Assembly (NCBI RefSeq): GCF_009914755.1
Contig: NC_060925.1
Strand: one strand, 5' to 3'
From: the human T2T-CHM13v2.0 reference genome, Homo sapiens
DNA: 64,000 bases
The notes beneath the pieces are model-generated. The model was not told the origin of the DNA. It ran no database searches and was given only the letters and a program-made list of their open reading frames with translations. A program made the position numbers and the translations under genes. This document shows positions 14,738 through 29,820 of this stretch, in pieces. Position 1 is the stretch's first letter, and every line of letters begins with the position of its first letter.

Positions 14738-15773
14738 ACAGAATGACATACTATGTATTTGTTGATATGTTTACCTTTAACAGTAAGCTTTATACTTTCA
14801 TATGCTTTTGTGTCACTGTTTACTGTCCTTTTGTTTCAACTTGAAGGACTCTCTATAGCATTTCTTGTAAGGCAAGTCTAGTGGTAAACTCCCTCAGCTG
14901 AACCACTCCAACTGTAAAGTAATTATATTTTACACAATTCTATTTCCTCCAGTGGATTTTCCCCTACCCCAGTCTTCCTAGGCACTCAAGCAGAGTGCTA
15001 CATATTGTCTATGGTGAGTGAGCAAGCAGATTTACAAACAAGCACATATCATTTGGGTCCTTCAAGAAATGTGGGTGGCAGTAGGGGGCCCTTCTTTATA
15101 TGACCAATTCCCAATTTATAGCTTCCTCTGCACGACTGAATAATCAATGTTGTGATTGATGTGCCAGCTACTTTTACGAGGCACTCTAGCTGAGTTCCAA
15201 ATGAAGAGAGCTCCCCAACCCACCATCTCCTCCAGCCATTGATATAGGATTCTTAAGGCCTAAAGCTTTACTTGACAGCAAGACGTGGATGAAGAATTAC
15301 TGATGAGGACAAGCACATTACAGACTTTCAGTGCTGTTTCGATTGTGCCAACCTGAAGTTAGGTAGAACACTGCCTCCTTCTATATCTGACTCTATTACT
15401 CATATTAGAAGTCAGTGGGAGCAGACATTTAATGAGAATTTTCAGCTAGTGAGATAACTCTAAGTACTAAGCCGTAACTGTCTAGAAATCTTTCAGTCTC
15501 TCCTTATGGACTAACTATGGCCTGTTTTGCTCTCAGCCCCTGCTGTTTCAAGTCTGGAGATTTTGTTTAAATTGTTAAGCTGATTATATTGCTCTTTAGT
15601 TACAAAAGTAGTTGTAATAAAGAAAAAAAAAAAAGGAAAAAGAATGTTCCCCTCACCAATCTCCCAGTCCCACTCCCCAGAGGTAGGCACAGTTTAATGT
15701 CTACCATGCCACTTCTTTCTCTATGCATTTACATTTACATGTATGTGCATCTTTTTCACTTAAAGATATATTA

Positions 15774-16065
15774 GGCTGGGCACAGTGGCTCACACGGGTA
15801 ATCCCAACACTTTAGGAGGCCTAGGCAGGCAGATCACCTGAGCCCAGGAGTTTGTGACCAGTCTGACCAACATGGCGAAATCCTGTCTCGACTAAAAATA
15901 CAAAAAATTAGCTGGCTGTGGTCCCAGCTACTCCAGGGACTGAGGTGGGAGGATCACTTGGCCCTGGGAGGCAGAGGTTGCAGTAAGTGGAGATTGCGTG
16001 GCTCCACTGCAGTCTGGGTGATAGAGCAAGACCCAGTCCCAAAGAAAAATAGAGAGAGAGAGAGA
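15774..16065 (+). mobile_element. AluJ-like element with (GA)n tail, inside L1ME remnants
   Basis: Diverged Alu dimer with ggaggatcacttg in the right arm. Confidence 0.88.
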
Positions 16066-16710
16066 ATATAAATATTGTACATCTTTTATTAGTTTTATTC
16101 TTTTATTTAATCTATAACCTATTGATGGGCATCTTTGTTGTTTCCAATATTTTGGTATTTTAACAATGCCATAAACAACTTTTTATATATACATGCATAT
16201 ACTTGCAAAGAATGGATTCTTACAGGTAGAACTACTGGATCATTGGATGTGCATATTTTACTTTAATAGATAGTAAATTTTTCCTTCCAAAAGCATTACT
16301 AATTTATATAAACTTTTGGTACTCATTAAAAAAGCCAAGCAATTCTGACATCCCAGAGGGACTCGTTTTGGTTTGTGTTATCACAGGCGATTGACACTGA
16401 TTTTTTTAATCGAATTGAATCTACTTCGTGTCTTCTACAAAATTCTATGCATTTATGGCCTCTTTATTTTTTTTTCCTTTTCTGTCCACTAGCAGCAGCA
16501 TTTTTTTTCTTTCACTTGTTTTCAGTGAAAGAAAATCTGAATCAGCTTACTCTTTTTCCATTCACCACATGTTTACTCTATGTTTATGTAGCTATTCTCA
16601 ACAATTGAGAATACAAAACTTAATGAAACACAAATTTTGCCATTCAGAAATCCAAGCCTAATAATAGTAATGAAAATGAAAGTACCACAGTTAATAGACA
16701 GATAGACATA

Positions 16711-16737
16711 TGGATGGATGGATGGATGGATAGATGA
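16711..16737. repeat. (TGGA)n/(TAGA)n short tandem repeat
   Basis: tggatggatggatggatggatagatga. Confidence 0.85.
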
Positions 16738-17480
16738 TAATATAGGAAAACTGAAGAGTGACTTTTGGAGGGAAAGGCAGAGAGGTCCAGGGTAAAGAAA
16801 TAATTGAAAGGTAAATACGGAAGAGATAACAACTCATAGACATGAGGAGTGATGACAGAAGACAAGGCTTGGAAAGCTTGAAGAAATTATATAGGCTGGA
16901 GTTACAGATCATTTTGTAGAATAAAGGGAGGCAAGAGTAGAAAATTAAACTGAAATAAGACTACCAGAGTCTTTGAATGCCATGCTAATAATTTAGTATT
17001 TATCCTATGAATGACAAATAGTCTCAAAAATTATAAGCAGGTAAATAATATATTAGGGCCTACATTTTAAAATTTGCTCTGACATGAAAGATGAGTTAAT
17101 CAACATTTTTATTGTAAACTAAGTGTTAGAAGTTGTGGTAAGTGCTAAAATTTTAATAGAAACAGACGGAAACCAATGATAATTGAAAATTATTATAATA
17201 GTTTCAGAAATATGATACAGCCAGAACTAAGGTGGAAACAGAGGAGGAAAAGAATAGAATGAAAAAATAAAGAACTGAAAGAACACAAGGGAGATGGATA
17301 AAAGAGAGAAATAATCTGCTATGTTGCTTTTAGTTGTAATCTGGATGCTTTGGGCATAATGTTAGAATTGAAATAAGAATATAGGAGGAGAAGGAAATTG
17401 AGTAGGAAAAGATGAAACAGTTCTGAACACACTGAGTTTGAATTGCCTTTGGAACACACAGGTGGAAATGTCTAAATAAT

Positions 17481-18445
17481 AGAGAGTAAACAAACACAGA
17501 GAATGGGAGAAATATTTTCAAACTATGCATCTGACAAAGGTCTAATATCCAGCATCTATAAGGAACTTAAACAAATTTACAAAAAAAAAAACCATTGAAA
17601 AGAGAACAAAGGACATGAACGTACTTTTCAAAAGAAGACATACATGCGGCCAACAAACATATGAAAAAAAAACCCGCAATATCACTGATCACTAGAGAAA
17701 TCAAATCAAAACCACCCTGAGATACCATCTCACATCAGTCAGTATGGCTGTTACTAAAAAGTCAAAAAATAACAAGATACTGGCGAAGTTGCAGAAAAAA
17801 GGGAACACTTATACACTGTTGGTGATACTGTAAATTAGTTCAACCACTGTGGAAAGCAGTATCACAAGTCCTCAAAGAGGTAAAAGCAGAACTACCATTC
17901 AATCCAGCAATCCCACTACTGCTTGTATACCCAGAGGAATATAAATCATTCTGCCATGAAGCCACATGCATGCAAATGTTCATTGCAGCGCGGTTCACAA
18001 TAGCAAAGGCATGGAATCAACCTAAATGCCCATCCATGACACACTGGATAAATAAAATGTAGTACATATAGACCATGGAAAACTACGCATCCATAAAAAA
18101 GAACAAGATCATGTCTTTCACAGGAACATGGATAGAGCTAGAGGCTATTATCCTTAGCAAACTAATGCAGGAACAGAAAACCAAATACCGCATGTTCTCA
18201 CTTAAAAGTGGGAGCTAAATAATGAGAACTTATGAACACAGAGAAGGAAACAACAAACACTGGGGTCTACGTGAGGATGGAGGATGGGAGAAGGGAGAAC
18301 AGAAAAGATAACTGTTGGGTACCAGGCTTAATACCTGGGTGAAGAAATAATCTGTACAACAAACCCTCATGACATGAATTTACCTTCAAGTGTACCCCCT
18401 AACCTAAAATAAAAGTTTAAAACATAAATTAATAATAATAAATAA
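17481..18445 (+). mobile_element. 5'-truncated L1PA (older) 3' end, inserted in an L2
   Basis: ORF2 C-terminus and 3'UTR motifs (aactatgcatctgacaaaggtctaatatccagc...gtacccc...aaaataaaag). Confidence 0.9.
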
Positions 18446-19349
18446 AAGATAGTTAGAAATATAGATTTGAAACTTAGTAAATGTGACTGAGCTAGATAAA
18501 TATTTGAGAATCACTGATGAAATTGACCCTATGAAAATGGATAAAAACAGAAAATAAAATGTACAGAATCAGAAGAAAAAGGGGTTCTGGAAAATAACAT
18601 AACAAATACATAAAAGTTTTACAAAGTTTAAGATGTTATATAATATAACTAATTATTATCACTGTTTCTGAACAATTGAACCAAACTACTAGATCTAATT
18701 TAACTTCCACAAAATCAAGGAATTTGTCCCCCTGGTTCACCAGTATATTCTAGAACTTATAGAATATTGTCAAACATATGATATGTTTTTAGTAAATATT
18801 TATTCCTTGCCCAAATGCATTTATTGAATGCCTTAGACATATGTATTTATTATATGGGTGGATTAGGAGTCATGACATTTCCCCATGAGAGTTCTAACAA
18901 TTCTCTTCCACAGCCACACTGTTGAATTTGTAAAGCCAGATCGTTAACTCTGAAAAAAAAGTCTTCCTTAAATTTATAGCCCAATTAATACTACAGAAAT
19001 CGGTCATTACTTAAATGTTCAAACAGTTGGCTTTGCAGGGTAATTATTATTTTTTCCATTCCAAGTACACATTTTTGTCTTATGTTAATTAGACAAATAC
19101 AAATTTAAGAAAATGTTTACAGTTAATGTGGAGAAAATGAAAAAGAAGCATACATCTATAGTAAGATTCCCAATGAACTAGAACTGCATTCTTCATGTTC
19201 AGGCACCTCCAGTGTCTTCACAGCATGACTAGAATATTGTTAACAGTGACAATCTTCTAGTTAGTGCCAACAAAATAGAGAAAACCCTAGTGGTGCGTGG
19301 TCCTCCTACATGCTGTGGGAGCCCTCCTTTGGAGAACAAAACAACCTCC

Positions 19350-22020
19350 ATTAATCAGTCAACAGAAATTTTTTGAACTCCTACTGTTTGCCAGGCATTG
19401 CACTACATTCCAGAGGGCTTATAAAGAAATGTGAAGCCTGCCCATGCCTTCAGGAAAAGTATGTTTGTAGGAGAGACAAGGCAAAAAAAAAAAAAAAAAG
19501 TATATATTGTCAAATGAGTTGTCAAAGGAATAAATGCTATTCTGTGGTGTAGTATTCAAGGTCTCCTAAGATCTGGCCCAGTTTACCTTTCTGGAGTGTT
19601 TCCTTAAATCCACCGCTACAAGGACAATTGTTCTTCTCGTAGTCTTTACTAACCTAAATTGAACTGCTTGCTGTCCTTCGTATGTGCAGCATGCTTCCTA
19701 CCTCTGTGTTCTTGCTTTTACTAATTCTTCCTTCTGGAATATTCTTGCTTTTCTTATCAGCAACTCTATGCTATAGTTTGTAAATCTTATCTTTTCCTCA
19801 AGGAACAACTCAAATACAGCACTTTCTCCAAAATTCCTTGACTTTACTAGCTATAAATAATCTTCCCCTCCTCTAAACTCCTCTACAAAGAGATCTGTAC
19901 TGCACCCATTATTTTTGCCTTATGTCTTAGTTGTCCCTATTTATGGAGGTGCATAATCATGGCACACATCTTTCCCTTCTCCCTCCTCTACTGTTTGGTG
20001 AATAGTGCCTATAACAGATTCTAACCTTTGGGAACCCACTGTGGTTTCAGTGCATCAAGTGCTGTTGACTCTTTCCATTTCCTGTTTTCCCTGAAACCAT
20101 CTCACAGGCCTTTTCATTTTTTTACATGTAATAATTACATAATATATCTGTATTGGGATTAACCAACTGCACTAACTAGGATGGGAGCTTCTTGAGGAGC
20201 TCCTTGAAGAGCACTCATCTTAGTGACTCCTGTGTCCACGCAGTGTATGTTAAAGAAGCATCCGCAGATTACCATCAACACTTGTTACAGATTTTTATTT
20301 CTAGGCCACACTTGTAGAAATTCTGTTTCAGTGAGTTTGGTGCAGAGCTCAGGAACCTGTATTTTATCAAATTCTCTAGATGATTCTTATCTGATAAATT
20401 TGAAAATAGTCACCAGTTAATAAGTATAGAATTTGTTGAATAAATGCTTACTTTTTTTTCTCTCTCTTAAACTATAAGCATCTTAAAGGAAGGACATGTG
20501 TTTCTACCAGGTACCTGGCCCAGCCATTTGAACATAGTAGTTTCTCAAACACTGTGGAATTGGTCTACGTTAATGGGGTGACTTATGACTGGGGTAATGA
20601 AGATAAGCTTTCCGTAAGGCGCAGAATTTTTTGAGCCTTGAAAAATGAGTTGGATTTGGATAGGTGGGGAGGGGAGAGAGCATCCTGGTCAGGAGATTGA
20701 CATAATCAAAGGAAAAGGGTAGAGGAAACACAAGCGTGCTGTGGGTTGATGATTAAATTAGTTTAACAAGAGCAAGAGATTCTTGTGGCAGAGGAATGAA
20801 AGATGAGGCTGCCTCCCCACTGTATAAAATAAACATTTGTTAGCAGAGCTCTCATTTTTGTTTCAATTTAATAAAAGCAAAAATAAGTGATTTTGATGTG
20901 ATTAATGACCAATAAGGGGTCCACAGTGCTGACTTGGCGAGCATCCACCTTCATGGCACATGTAGAAACACAAGATTTAGTATAGAATTAACTTGCCCAA
21001 GCATCTGTTCACAAATCCATATGAAAAAGAAAAAATAGACCAAAGCATATGTTATAAGCTAAAGTCTCAACAACTTCTTTTTCATATCATGTTGATAGGA
21101 ATTCACATTTTTAGCAAAATCTCTTACTGACTGGGTAATGTGAATTCAAATATAAGATAACCACAATAATTATAAAGAAAAACTGTTTTTTTAAGAAAAG
21201 CATTCTGTTCACACATGAAGAAAATATTAGCTTGTTACAAAAAGGACAATAAATTTGTAGTTAAAATATATTCCTTCTGTCTTATGACATTGTCAGCACC
21301 AACCTATACATTTATAATTAATTCACTTGGGCATTTACTCATTCACTGATCTGATAAATAGTTATTAGCAATCTACTGCTTGCAAAGCTATACACAAGAT
21401 GTTAATGGCAAAGCACTATGTGCATGATACAAATTGAAGATCATTCTTACATGGAAGAGAGAAGAAAGATTGATTAGAATAATTAGGATCAAATTATTAT
21501 TCATTTCTTCGTTCATTCAACAACTCTTAGATGAATGAATACAGCCCATGACTTTGCTTTGTTCTCTGTTATATGCCACACACAGAGCATAGCACTTGAT
21601 ATATAAGTGCTCAATAAATATTTGTTGGATGAATACTTGTGTTGATCACTTTTTCAGGTTCTCAATATACAAAAGTAAAGTAAAAACAGAGATGTCCTTG
21701 CCCTCAGTGAGTTCATAGTCTAGTGAGGAAGACAAATATTAATCATGTGCACTCAGGAATGTAAAATTTCAGCTATGCCAAGTGTTGAGGAGCCTCTATC
21801 AGATTTGGCCTAACATACAAAGACTTCCTGAAGAAATGATATTGCAATGAAATCTAAAGAACAAGTGGAAATTAACCAGGCTAAGAAAAGGAGGAGGAGT
21901 GCTTTAGGCAGAAGAGGCAGCAGGAAAGAGCATAATGAGTCCACTGTGGCTGCCATGCAGATTGAGAGGAAGTCACAAAAATGGGAATGGAAAGGCAGGT
22001 GGCTAGGGTGAAAGTGTGTA
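19350..22020. mobile_element. Cluster of L2 fragments (both strands) with a MER5-like piece at ~20240-20410
   Basis: L2 tail motifs (aataaatatttgttggatgaat; cattcaacaa) and antisense L2 body motifs. Confidence 0.55.
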
Positions 22021-23509
22021 AAGACAACTCTTCGGGACTTCAAGTTTATAAATATTGGGCAAGATTATATAGATAAGGAAATATATTGTTTAAAGTTAAT
22101 AAAATCCAAATCAGGTTGATAAAATTGGTATGTTTGCAACAGACATTTGGTTAAAATTAAAACCTCAAAACTCATTGCTCATCTGTAATATAAACGAAAA
22201 ATTTGTGTGATGAAACCAAGCAATTTTTTTTCAGTGACAAGCAAAACAATTGAGCATGTAATTCCAAATTACATAACCTTGGCCCTTGTACATTGAGCCA
22301 ATAAATATTATAATTTTACTAAATTACACAGCAGCAATTAGCCCTCAAATGAGGGTTAATAACAAAATCAACACAGTATCATAAAAATAATTTGGGTGTA
22401 CTGATGTAGAACTATATTGACAAATTAATATACCCTGACAAACAATTCATTCAACTTTTGTGTAAGACTAATAAAAAATACCTAATTTATTGATGTAGTT
22501 CACATGGTAGAATTTATGCAGAGAAAAGTAAAGCTGAGACTCTTAAAGAGCAGTTGTGGAATGTGGAAACAATGACATTAAAATATGACCAAAGAAGTAG
22601 CTGACTTTACTCCCTCAGTAGTTATTATAAAGTATTTGGTCAGGTAGACTAATATTATTTTACACAATTTCTTTAGTTTTTCCTCTTGCCTGTATCCTAG
22701 TATAATTTTTACCACAGTATTTAACTCTGGATATATATCTCTGTCCATTAACCTATATCAACATTTTGTCTGAGATAATATTATAGTAATATTGAGTTTC
22801 CCTCTTCTCCACACCCACACTCATATATCCCATAACACAGAGCTGCATATGGGATTGGTGCTTGGTAAGTACTTGTTAAATTTTCAGGAGTGGACAATTA
22901 GAATACTTGTGAATAAATATTACAAGTTTTAACAGTAATAATGAGAAGTATTTTAAGTTCTGAGTAAGTTAACTTATTAATGTTATTATTATTTGAGTAG
23001 TCAGGTTGGGGATAGATGTTGAAGAATGTTATAAATTAATTGTCCCTTACCAGTTTATATTATTTATGTAGGATATGGAAAATAAATATATTAAATATCC
23101 AGCAATAGTTACATCATTTCTATTCTAACCTGATACCTAATTGAAAATAAGTATAAAACTGAAGAATAAAAATTAGAATGTATTGTAAAAATAGGATATA
23201 ACATATTCAGGGTAATAAAACTAACTGTAATATATTTAAGAATAATAAAATAAAACAAATATGAAAAATGAATAACTCATTTTCCACTTAAAATAATCCA
23301 TCGAACTCTAATAGTGTTTAAAAATTTTGCATTTTTTCAAAATGCAGTTTAAAAGCCCATGATGTATAACACACGAGATTTTATTGCTCTACATAACATT
23401 ACTATGCAGTGAAGTCAAGTAGGATAAGTATAAGCATTCTTACTTCTCTAATGGGTAAATTGAAGCACAGCAAAATTAAAGGTTTCTACTGATGACACTA
23501 ATCTTTTTT

Positions 23510-23614
23510 CATTTAACATATATTTATTAAACATTCACTTTTTTCATTTAACATATATTTATTAAACATTTAACATATATTTATTAAACATTCATTTAAC
23601 ATATATTTATTAAA
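23510..23614. repeat. Four perfect copies of 22-mer CATTTAACATATATTTATTAAA
   Basis: Copies at 23510, 23545, 23567 and 23593. Confidence 0.95.
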
Positions 23615-26278
23615 TATCCACTAGGTAGAGGCCAGGTGATGACTCAGTTTAGCATTTTCTATCTACCACAAATGGAAGACAGGATAACTTTGGAGCTGAT
23701 ACATGAATGAATTTTTATTATGACTTGGTTCTTGCCTGCCTCTAATGAAGTATTTTTCTACCAAACACACAACCAAATGGTCTTTACCTGGAAAGACTTA
23801 CAATTTTTTTAATATAGATTCTTACTTCCATTGAACAAACGTAAGGTACTGACATAAAAAGCAGACTATCTACCTTAACGTTTACTGACTTTGAGGCAGA
23901 AAAGATAATGCATGTACACTTGACAGCTTAACTTCTCATTTGATGAAATGCTCACTATTTAACAGATTGGTGATATAATTTTTTTGTTATTTTCTGTTCA
24001 GGTAATTGGGTATTATGTAGTTTAGTAGAGAGTGAATGCTCCTATACTAGATATTGATTACCAACTTTCAAAGAATTCAAATTTTGAATTACATTGAAAT
24101 CATGCTGAACAGAAGTAGTCTTTTCTGATTCAGAAGGTATTTCAGTTTTGCAGTACATCTTTATGACCCGAATGTTATTGCCAACATTTTTTGCAACAGT
24201 CACACTGCTGAGTACCAGAGATTCAGAGATGCAAGTTCTACTTTAAAAGCTCACAATAGTTATAGAATTATCAGTAAAAAGAAATTTCAGGTTACTGGTT
24301 TGCCAATAAAAAATAATGACCTTATTTGTTTTCCACTCAGTGAACTATCTAAATTGGAAAAATTATTTATCTACTCTAGAAATGAAACATTTTTGGATAT
24401 TTTCAGAGGTTAGCTCATAGGAATGCATAATAATAGAATGTGATGCAAGTAAAAAAATGTATTTTCAACATTTCAAATATTAATGAGAAAAAACAGATAT
24501 ACTGTAGAAACTATATAATTTACTATAATTATAATTTATGTTAATGAACACCTATATATCATCTAATGATTCTAAAATGAAATATTGCATTGGCAACTTC
24601 AAATTTTCTCTATATCTTAAAAATATTTACAGCCATAAAATTTCTTTTAATCAATTGGACTTTAATGTAAGTTTCACATTTAGACATTTAAAATTGTTTT
24701 TTCCTCTCTAATTTGCTATCTGCCCTTTATTGGCTGACTTTACTAGCTAAGTACTTAGTCTGACTTATGTAGCTGTATTTCAGGGATCCTAGCTCCAAAA
24801 TGGAGGTCATAAAGACTTCCACAAGAGCAATTTTCAGTGCCCTATCAGAGTGGGTTGAAGTGTGAATGGGAGATAAGGAAGCAAAGGCAAAGAGTTGGGC
24901 ACATTATTTCTACTGTGATCCTGTGAGAAACAGAGCAAACAAATAGGGAAGTAGATGGAAGGATCTGTAGCATCTATAAAAATGGTATCTTTTTAATCAT
25001 GGAAGAAACCAAGGCATGTTTGTGTGCTGCTGAAGGTGACCTAGTAGAGACAGAGGTTGAAAGTGTATAGGAAATAAGTCCAGATCTAGAGTTCCTGTAA
25101 AGACAAGAAGAGATTTAGATCTCAGATGGACAGGAAGGAAACACAAATTTGGGAGAGCCAGAGGTAGTTAATGGGAGAAAACTACTGAAGTGACCGCAAA
25201 ACACATAAATGTATTGCACTAAATTCAGACTAATTTTATCCCCAATTCAACTTCAACTAAGCCAGATCCTAAATATGCCACATTTTGTCAGAGGAAGTAT
25301 GATGAAGAGAAAGTGAACATAGCAAAATACAGCAGTCTTAACCAATTGTCTTAAAATATATTCCTTTGCAAATTCTCTAACTATGCATGTGAGGAGGCTG
25401 AAGCCCAAGCTTTATTACCTTTGGAGTAAATCTATCTATTATTGTTTGTGTTTGTTTCAGTAAATAATAGGGTAAGTGATGAGCTGTGGTAAAAAGAGGA
25501 CAGTTTTGACAAGATTGAAGAGTTATGAAAGAGTCTCAGAGAGTTGAAAAGCAAGATGAGGAAAAGTAGCAAAGTTGCAAGCATTATTCAATCCCTATTT
25601 CAGGTATTTGTCTGGAATTTAAAGTTAAAGCAGTCAGCCAAACTGTGATTTTCTCCAACAAATCTTCGGGCATTTGCAGAAAAGGCAGAATGTTGGATTC
25701 AACCAATGTTAAGTTCAACTAGGGAAATGTAACAAAAGAAACAGTTTGCTAAGTGATGTTTGCAAGAAATTGTTCATAACGATGAACTGTTAATGAATCT
25801 CAGCTTAGGAAGGAAGGAAAGATAGGTAAATAGAGACAAGGTAAATTTAGCCTATCAGTGATATATCAATAACTGTGGCAGAGGAATTCTAGGATACTGT
25901 AATAAGTGAACTGAAAGTATAGGAGGTGATGATCAGCCAGTGGTATATTTGCAATTGAGATTTCAAAGGTAATATAGATCATTGTGATGACAAATCTAAG
26001 TGTTATCTTTGAAATAAGTTACTGAGGTGGAGAAGAACAGATTGGTTATGAACATAGATCGTTTATTTTGTTCAATTTAGATGGAATTCTTGGAGCAGTA
26101 GCATGCACAAGTTACCTTGGAAGGAACTGGAGCCACAGAGATGAACAAGATTCAGTCCTCTGCTTCAAGGAGCTCAGTATATATATGCAAAGTGCTACAG
26201 TAGGGATACTAACACAGAAGGAAGGATACCTAACCCAATCAGGGATCAGGTGAACGGTCTTAGAAAACAACATTTGTG

Positions 26279-27154
26279 TATGTTGAACCAACCTTGTATC
26301 CTGGGGATGAAGGCTACTTGATTGTGGTGGACAAGCTTTTTGATGTGCTGCTGGATTCAGTTTGTCAGTATTTTGTTGAGGATTTTTGCATTGATATTCG
26401 TCAAGGATATTGGCCTGAAGTTTTTGTTGTTGTTGTTCTCTGCCAGGTTTTGGTATCAGGATAATGCTGGCCTCATAGAATGAGTTAAGGAGGAGTCCCT
26501 CCTTTTTGATTTTTTGGAATAGTTTTGGTAGAAATGATGCCAGCTCTTCTTTGTACATGTGGTAGAATTCAGCTGTGAATCCGTCTGGTCCTGGGTTTTG
26601 GGGGTTGGAGGCTATTTATTACTGTCTCAATTTCAGAACTCATTATTGGTCTGTTCAGGACTTCAATTTCTTCCTGGTTCAGTCTTGGGGGATGGTGTAT
26701 GAGTCCAGGAAGTTATCCATTTCTTGTAGATTTCTAGTTTATGTGCTTAGAGATGTTTATAATTTCTGATGGTTGTTTGTATTTCTGTGGGGCCAGTGGT
26801 AATACCCCCCCTTATAATTTTTTATTGTGCCTATTTGATTCTTTGCTCTTTTCTTCTTTATTATTGTAGCTAGAGAGCTATCTGTTTTATTAAGTTTTTC
26901 AAAAAGCTAGCTCCTGGATTCGTTGATCTTCCAAATGGTTTGTCCCTTCTCTATCTCCTTCAGTTTGACTCTGATTTTCGTTATTTCTTCTGCTAGCTTT
27001 GGGATTTGTTTGCTCTTGGTTATCTAGTTCTTTCAGTTCTGATGTTGGGTTGTTAAATTGAAATCTTTCTAGTTTTTTTTTTTTATGTGAGCATTCAGTG
27101 CTATAAATTACCCTTTTAACATTGCTTTGGCTGTGTCCCAGAGTTTCTGGTATG
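26279..27154 (-). mobile_element. Inverted 5' segment of an L1PA (twin-priming product)
   Basis: Antisense ORF2 ([16 protein letters not shown]...[13 protein letters not shown]) whose end adjoins, in L1 coordinates, the start of the sense segment. Confidence 0.9.
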
Positions 27155-29480
27155 CGAATCAATAAATGTGATTCATCACATAAACAGAACTAAAGACAAA
27201 AACCATATGATTATCTCAATCAATGCAGAAAAGGCCTTCAATAAAATTCAACATCTCTTTATGTTAAAAAAAAAAACTCTCAATAAACTAGGTGTTCAAG
27301 GAACATACCTCAAAATAATAAGAGCCATATATGACAAAACCACAGCCAATATCATACTGAAGGGGCAAAAGCTGGAAGCATTCCCCTTGAAAACTAGCAA
27401 AAGACAAGAATACCCTCTCTCACCACTCCTATTCAACATAGTATTGGAATTTCTGGCTGGGGCAATCAGGCAAGAGAAAGAAATAAAGGGCATTCAAATA
27501 GGAGGGGAGGAAGTCAAACTATCCCTGTTTGCAGATGACATGATCCTATATCTAGAAAACTCCATTGTCTCAGCCCAAAAACTTCTTAAGCTGATAAGCA
27601 ACTTCAGCAAAGTCTCAGGATATAAAATCAATATGCAAAAATCACTAGCTCCTCTATACACTAGCAATAGTCAAGCTGAGAGTCAAATTACAAATGAGCT
27701 CCCATTCACAATTGAAATAAAAAGAATAAAATACCTAGGAATACAGCTAACAAGGGAAGTGAATGATCTCTACAAGGAGAGCTACAAACCACTGCTCCAA
27801 GAAATCAGACATGAAACAAACAAATGGAAAAACATTCCATGCTCATGAATAAGAAGAATCAATATCACTAAAATGGCCACACTGCCCAAAGCAATTTATA
27901 GATTCAATGCTCTTCCCATTAAACTACCATTGACATTCTTCGCAGAACTAGAAAAAACTATTTTAAATTCATATGGAACAAAAAAAGAGCCCAAATAGCC
28001 AAGGCCAAACTGGGCAGAAAGAACAAAGCTGGAGGCATCATGCTACCTGACCTTAAACTATGCTACAGGGCTGCTACAGTAACCAAAACAGCATGGTACT
28101 AGTACAAGAGCAGAAACACAGACCAATGGAACAGAACAGAAAACCCAGAAATAAGACTGCACACCTTCAATTATCTGATCTTCAACAAACCTGACAAAAA
28201 CAAGCAATGGGAAAAGGATTCCCTGTTTAATAAATGGTGCTGGGATAACTGGCTAGCCATATGCAGAAAGTTGAAGCTGGAACCCTTCCTTATACCATAT
28301 ACAAAAATCAACTCAAGATGGATTAAAGACTTAAATGTAAAACCCAAAACCATTAAAACCCTAGAAGAAAACCTAGGCTACAGTACCATTCAGGACATAG
28401 GCATGGGCAAAGATTTCATGACTAAGATGCCACAACCAGTTGCAAAAAAAAGCAAAAATTAACAAATGGGATCTAATTAAACTAAAGAGCTTCTGCACAG
28501 CAAAAGAAACTATCAACAGAGTAAACAGACAATCTACAGAATGGGAGAAAAATTTTGCAAACTATGCATCCGACAAAAGTCTAATATCCAGCATCTATAA
28601 GGAATTAAAATTTACCAAGAAAAAAAAACATTTAAAAGTGGGCAAAGGACACGAACAGACACTGCTCAAAAGAAGACATACATGCACCCAACAATTACAT
28701 GAATAAAAAGCTCAACATCACTGATTATTAAAGAAATGCAAATCAAAACCACAATGCAGTACCACTCCACACCAGTCAGAATGGCTATTACTTAAAAGTC
28801 AAAAAACAACAGATTCTGGTGAGATTGTGGAGAAAAAGGATCACTTATACACTGTGGGTGGAAGTGTAAATTAGTTCAACCATTGTGGAAGATAGTGTGA
28901 GAATTCCTCAAAGACCTAAAGAAAGAACTAAGATTTGACCCAGCAATCCCATTACTGGGTATATACCCAAAGGAATATAAATTTTTCTGTTATAAAGATG
29001 GATACACACGTATGTTCATTGCAGCACTGTTCACAATATCAAAGACATGGTATCAACCTATATTCCCATCAATGACAGATTAAAGAAAATGTAGTACATA
29101 TACACCAAGGAATACTATGCAGCCATAAAAAAGAGCAAGATCATCTCTTTGCAGGAACATGGATGGAGCTGGAGGCCATTATCCTTAACAAACTAACACA
29201 GGAACAGAAAACCAAATACCACATATTCTCACTTATAAGTGGGAGCTAAAAATGAGAACACATGGACAGATAGGGGGAACAACACCCACTGGGGCCTACT
29301 GGAGGACAGAGGGTGGGAGGCAGGAGAGAATCAGGAAAAACAACTAACGGATGCTAAGCTTAATACTTAGGTAATGAAATAATCTGTACAACAAGTGCTC
29401 ATGACACATATTTACCTGTGTAACAATCCTGCACATCCTGCACATGTACCCCGAACTTAAAATAAAAGTTTTTTAAAAAA
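27151..29480 (+). mobile_element. Sense 3' segment of the same L1PA (RT domain to poly-A)
   Basis: ORF 27168..27848 has RT motifs ([21 protein letters not shown]), followed by the 3'UTR and AATAAA at 29461. Confidence 0.93.
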
Positions 29481-29501
29481 AACAAGAAGAAGAAGAACAA
29501 G

Positions 29502-29820
<319 letters not shown>

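Noticed and set aside
14900-15550. Unassigned mixed-composition block as a possible pseudogene
   Set aside because: No ORF, poly-A/TSD or recognisable homology. It needs a database search.
23510-23614. CRISPR-like appearance of identical repeats with spacers
   Set aside because: Spacers are 0-13 nt and derived from the repeat itself. This is eukaryotic intron with no cas genes.
27168-27848. 226-aa reverse-transcriptase ORF as a novel RT system
   Set aside because: Ordinary L1 ORF2 fragment in a truncated, inverted, stop-containing copy.
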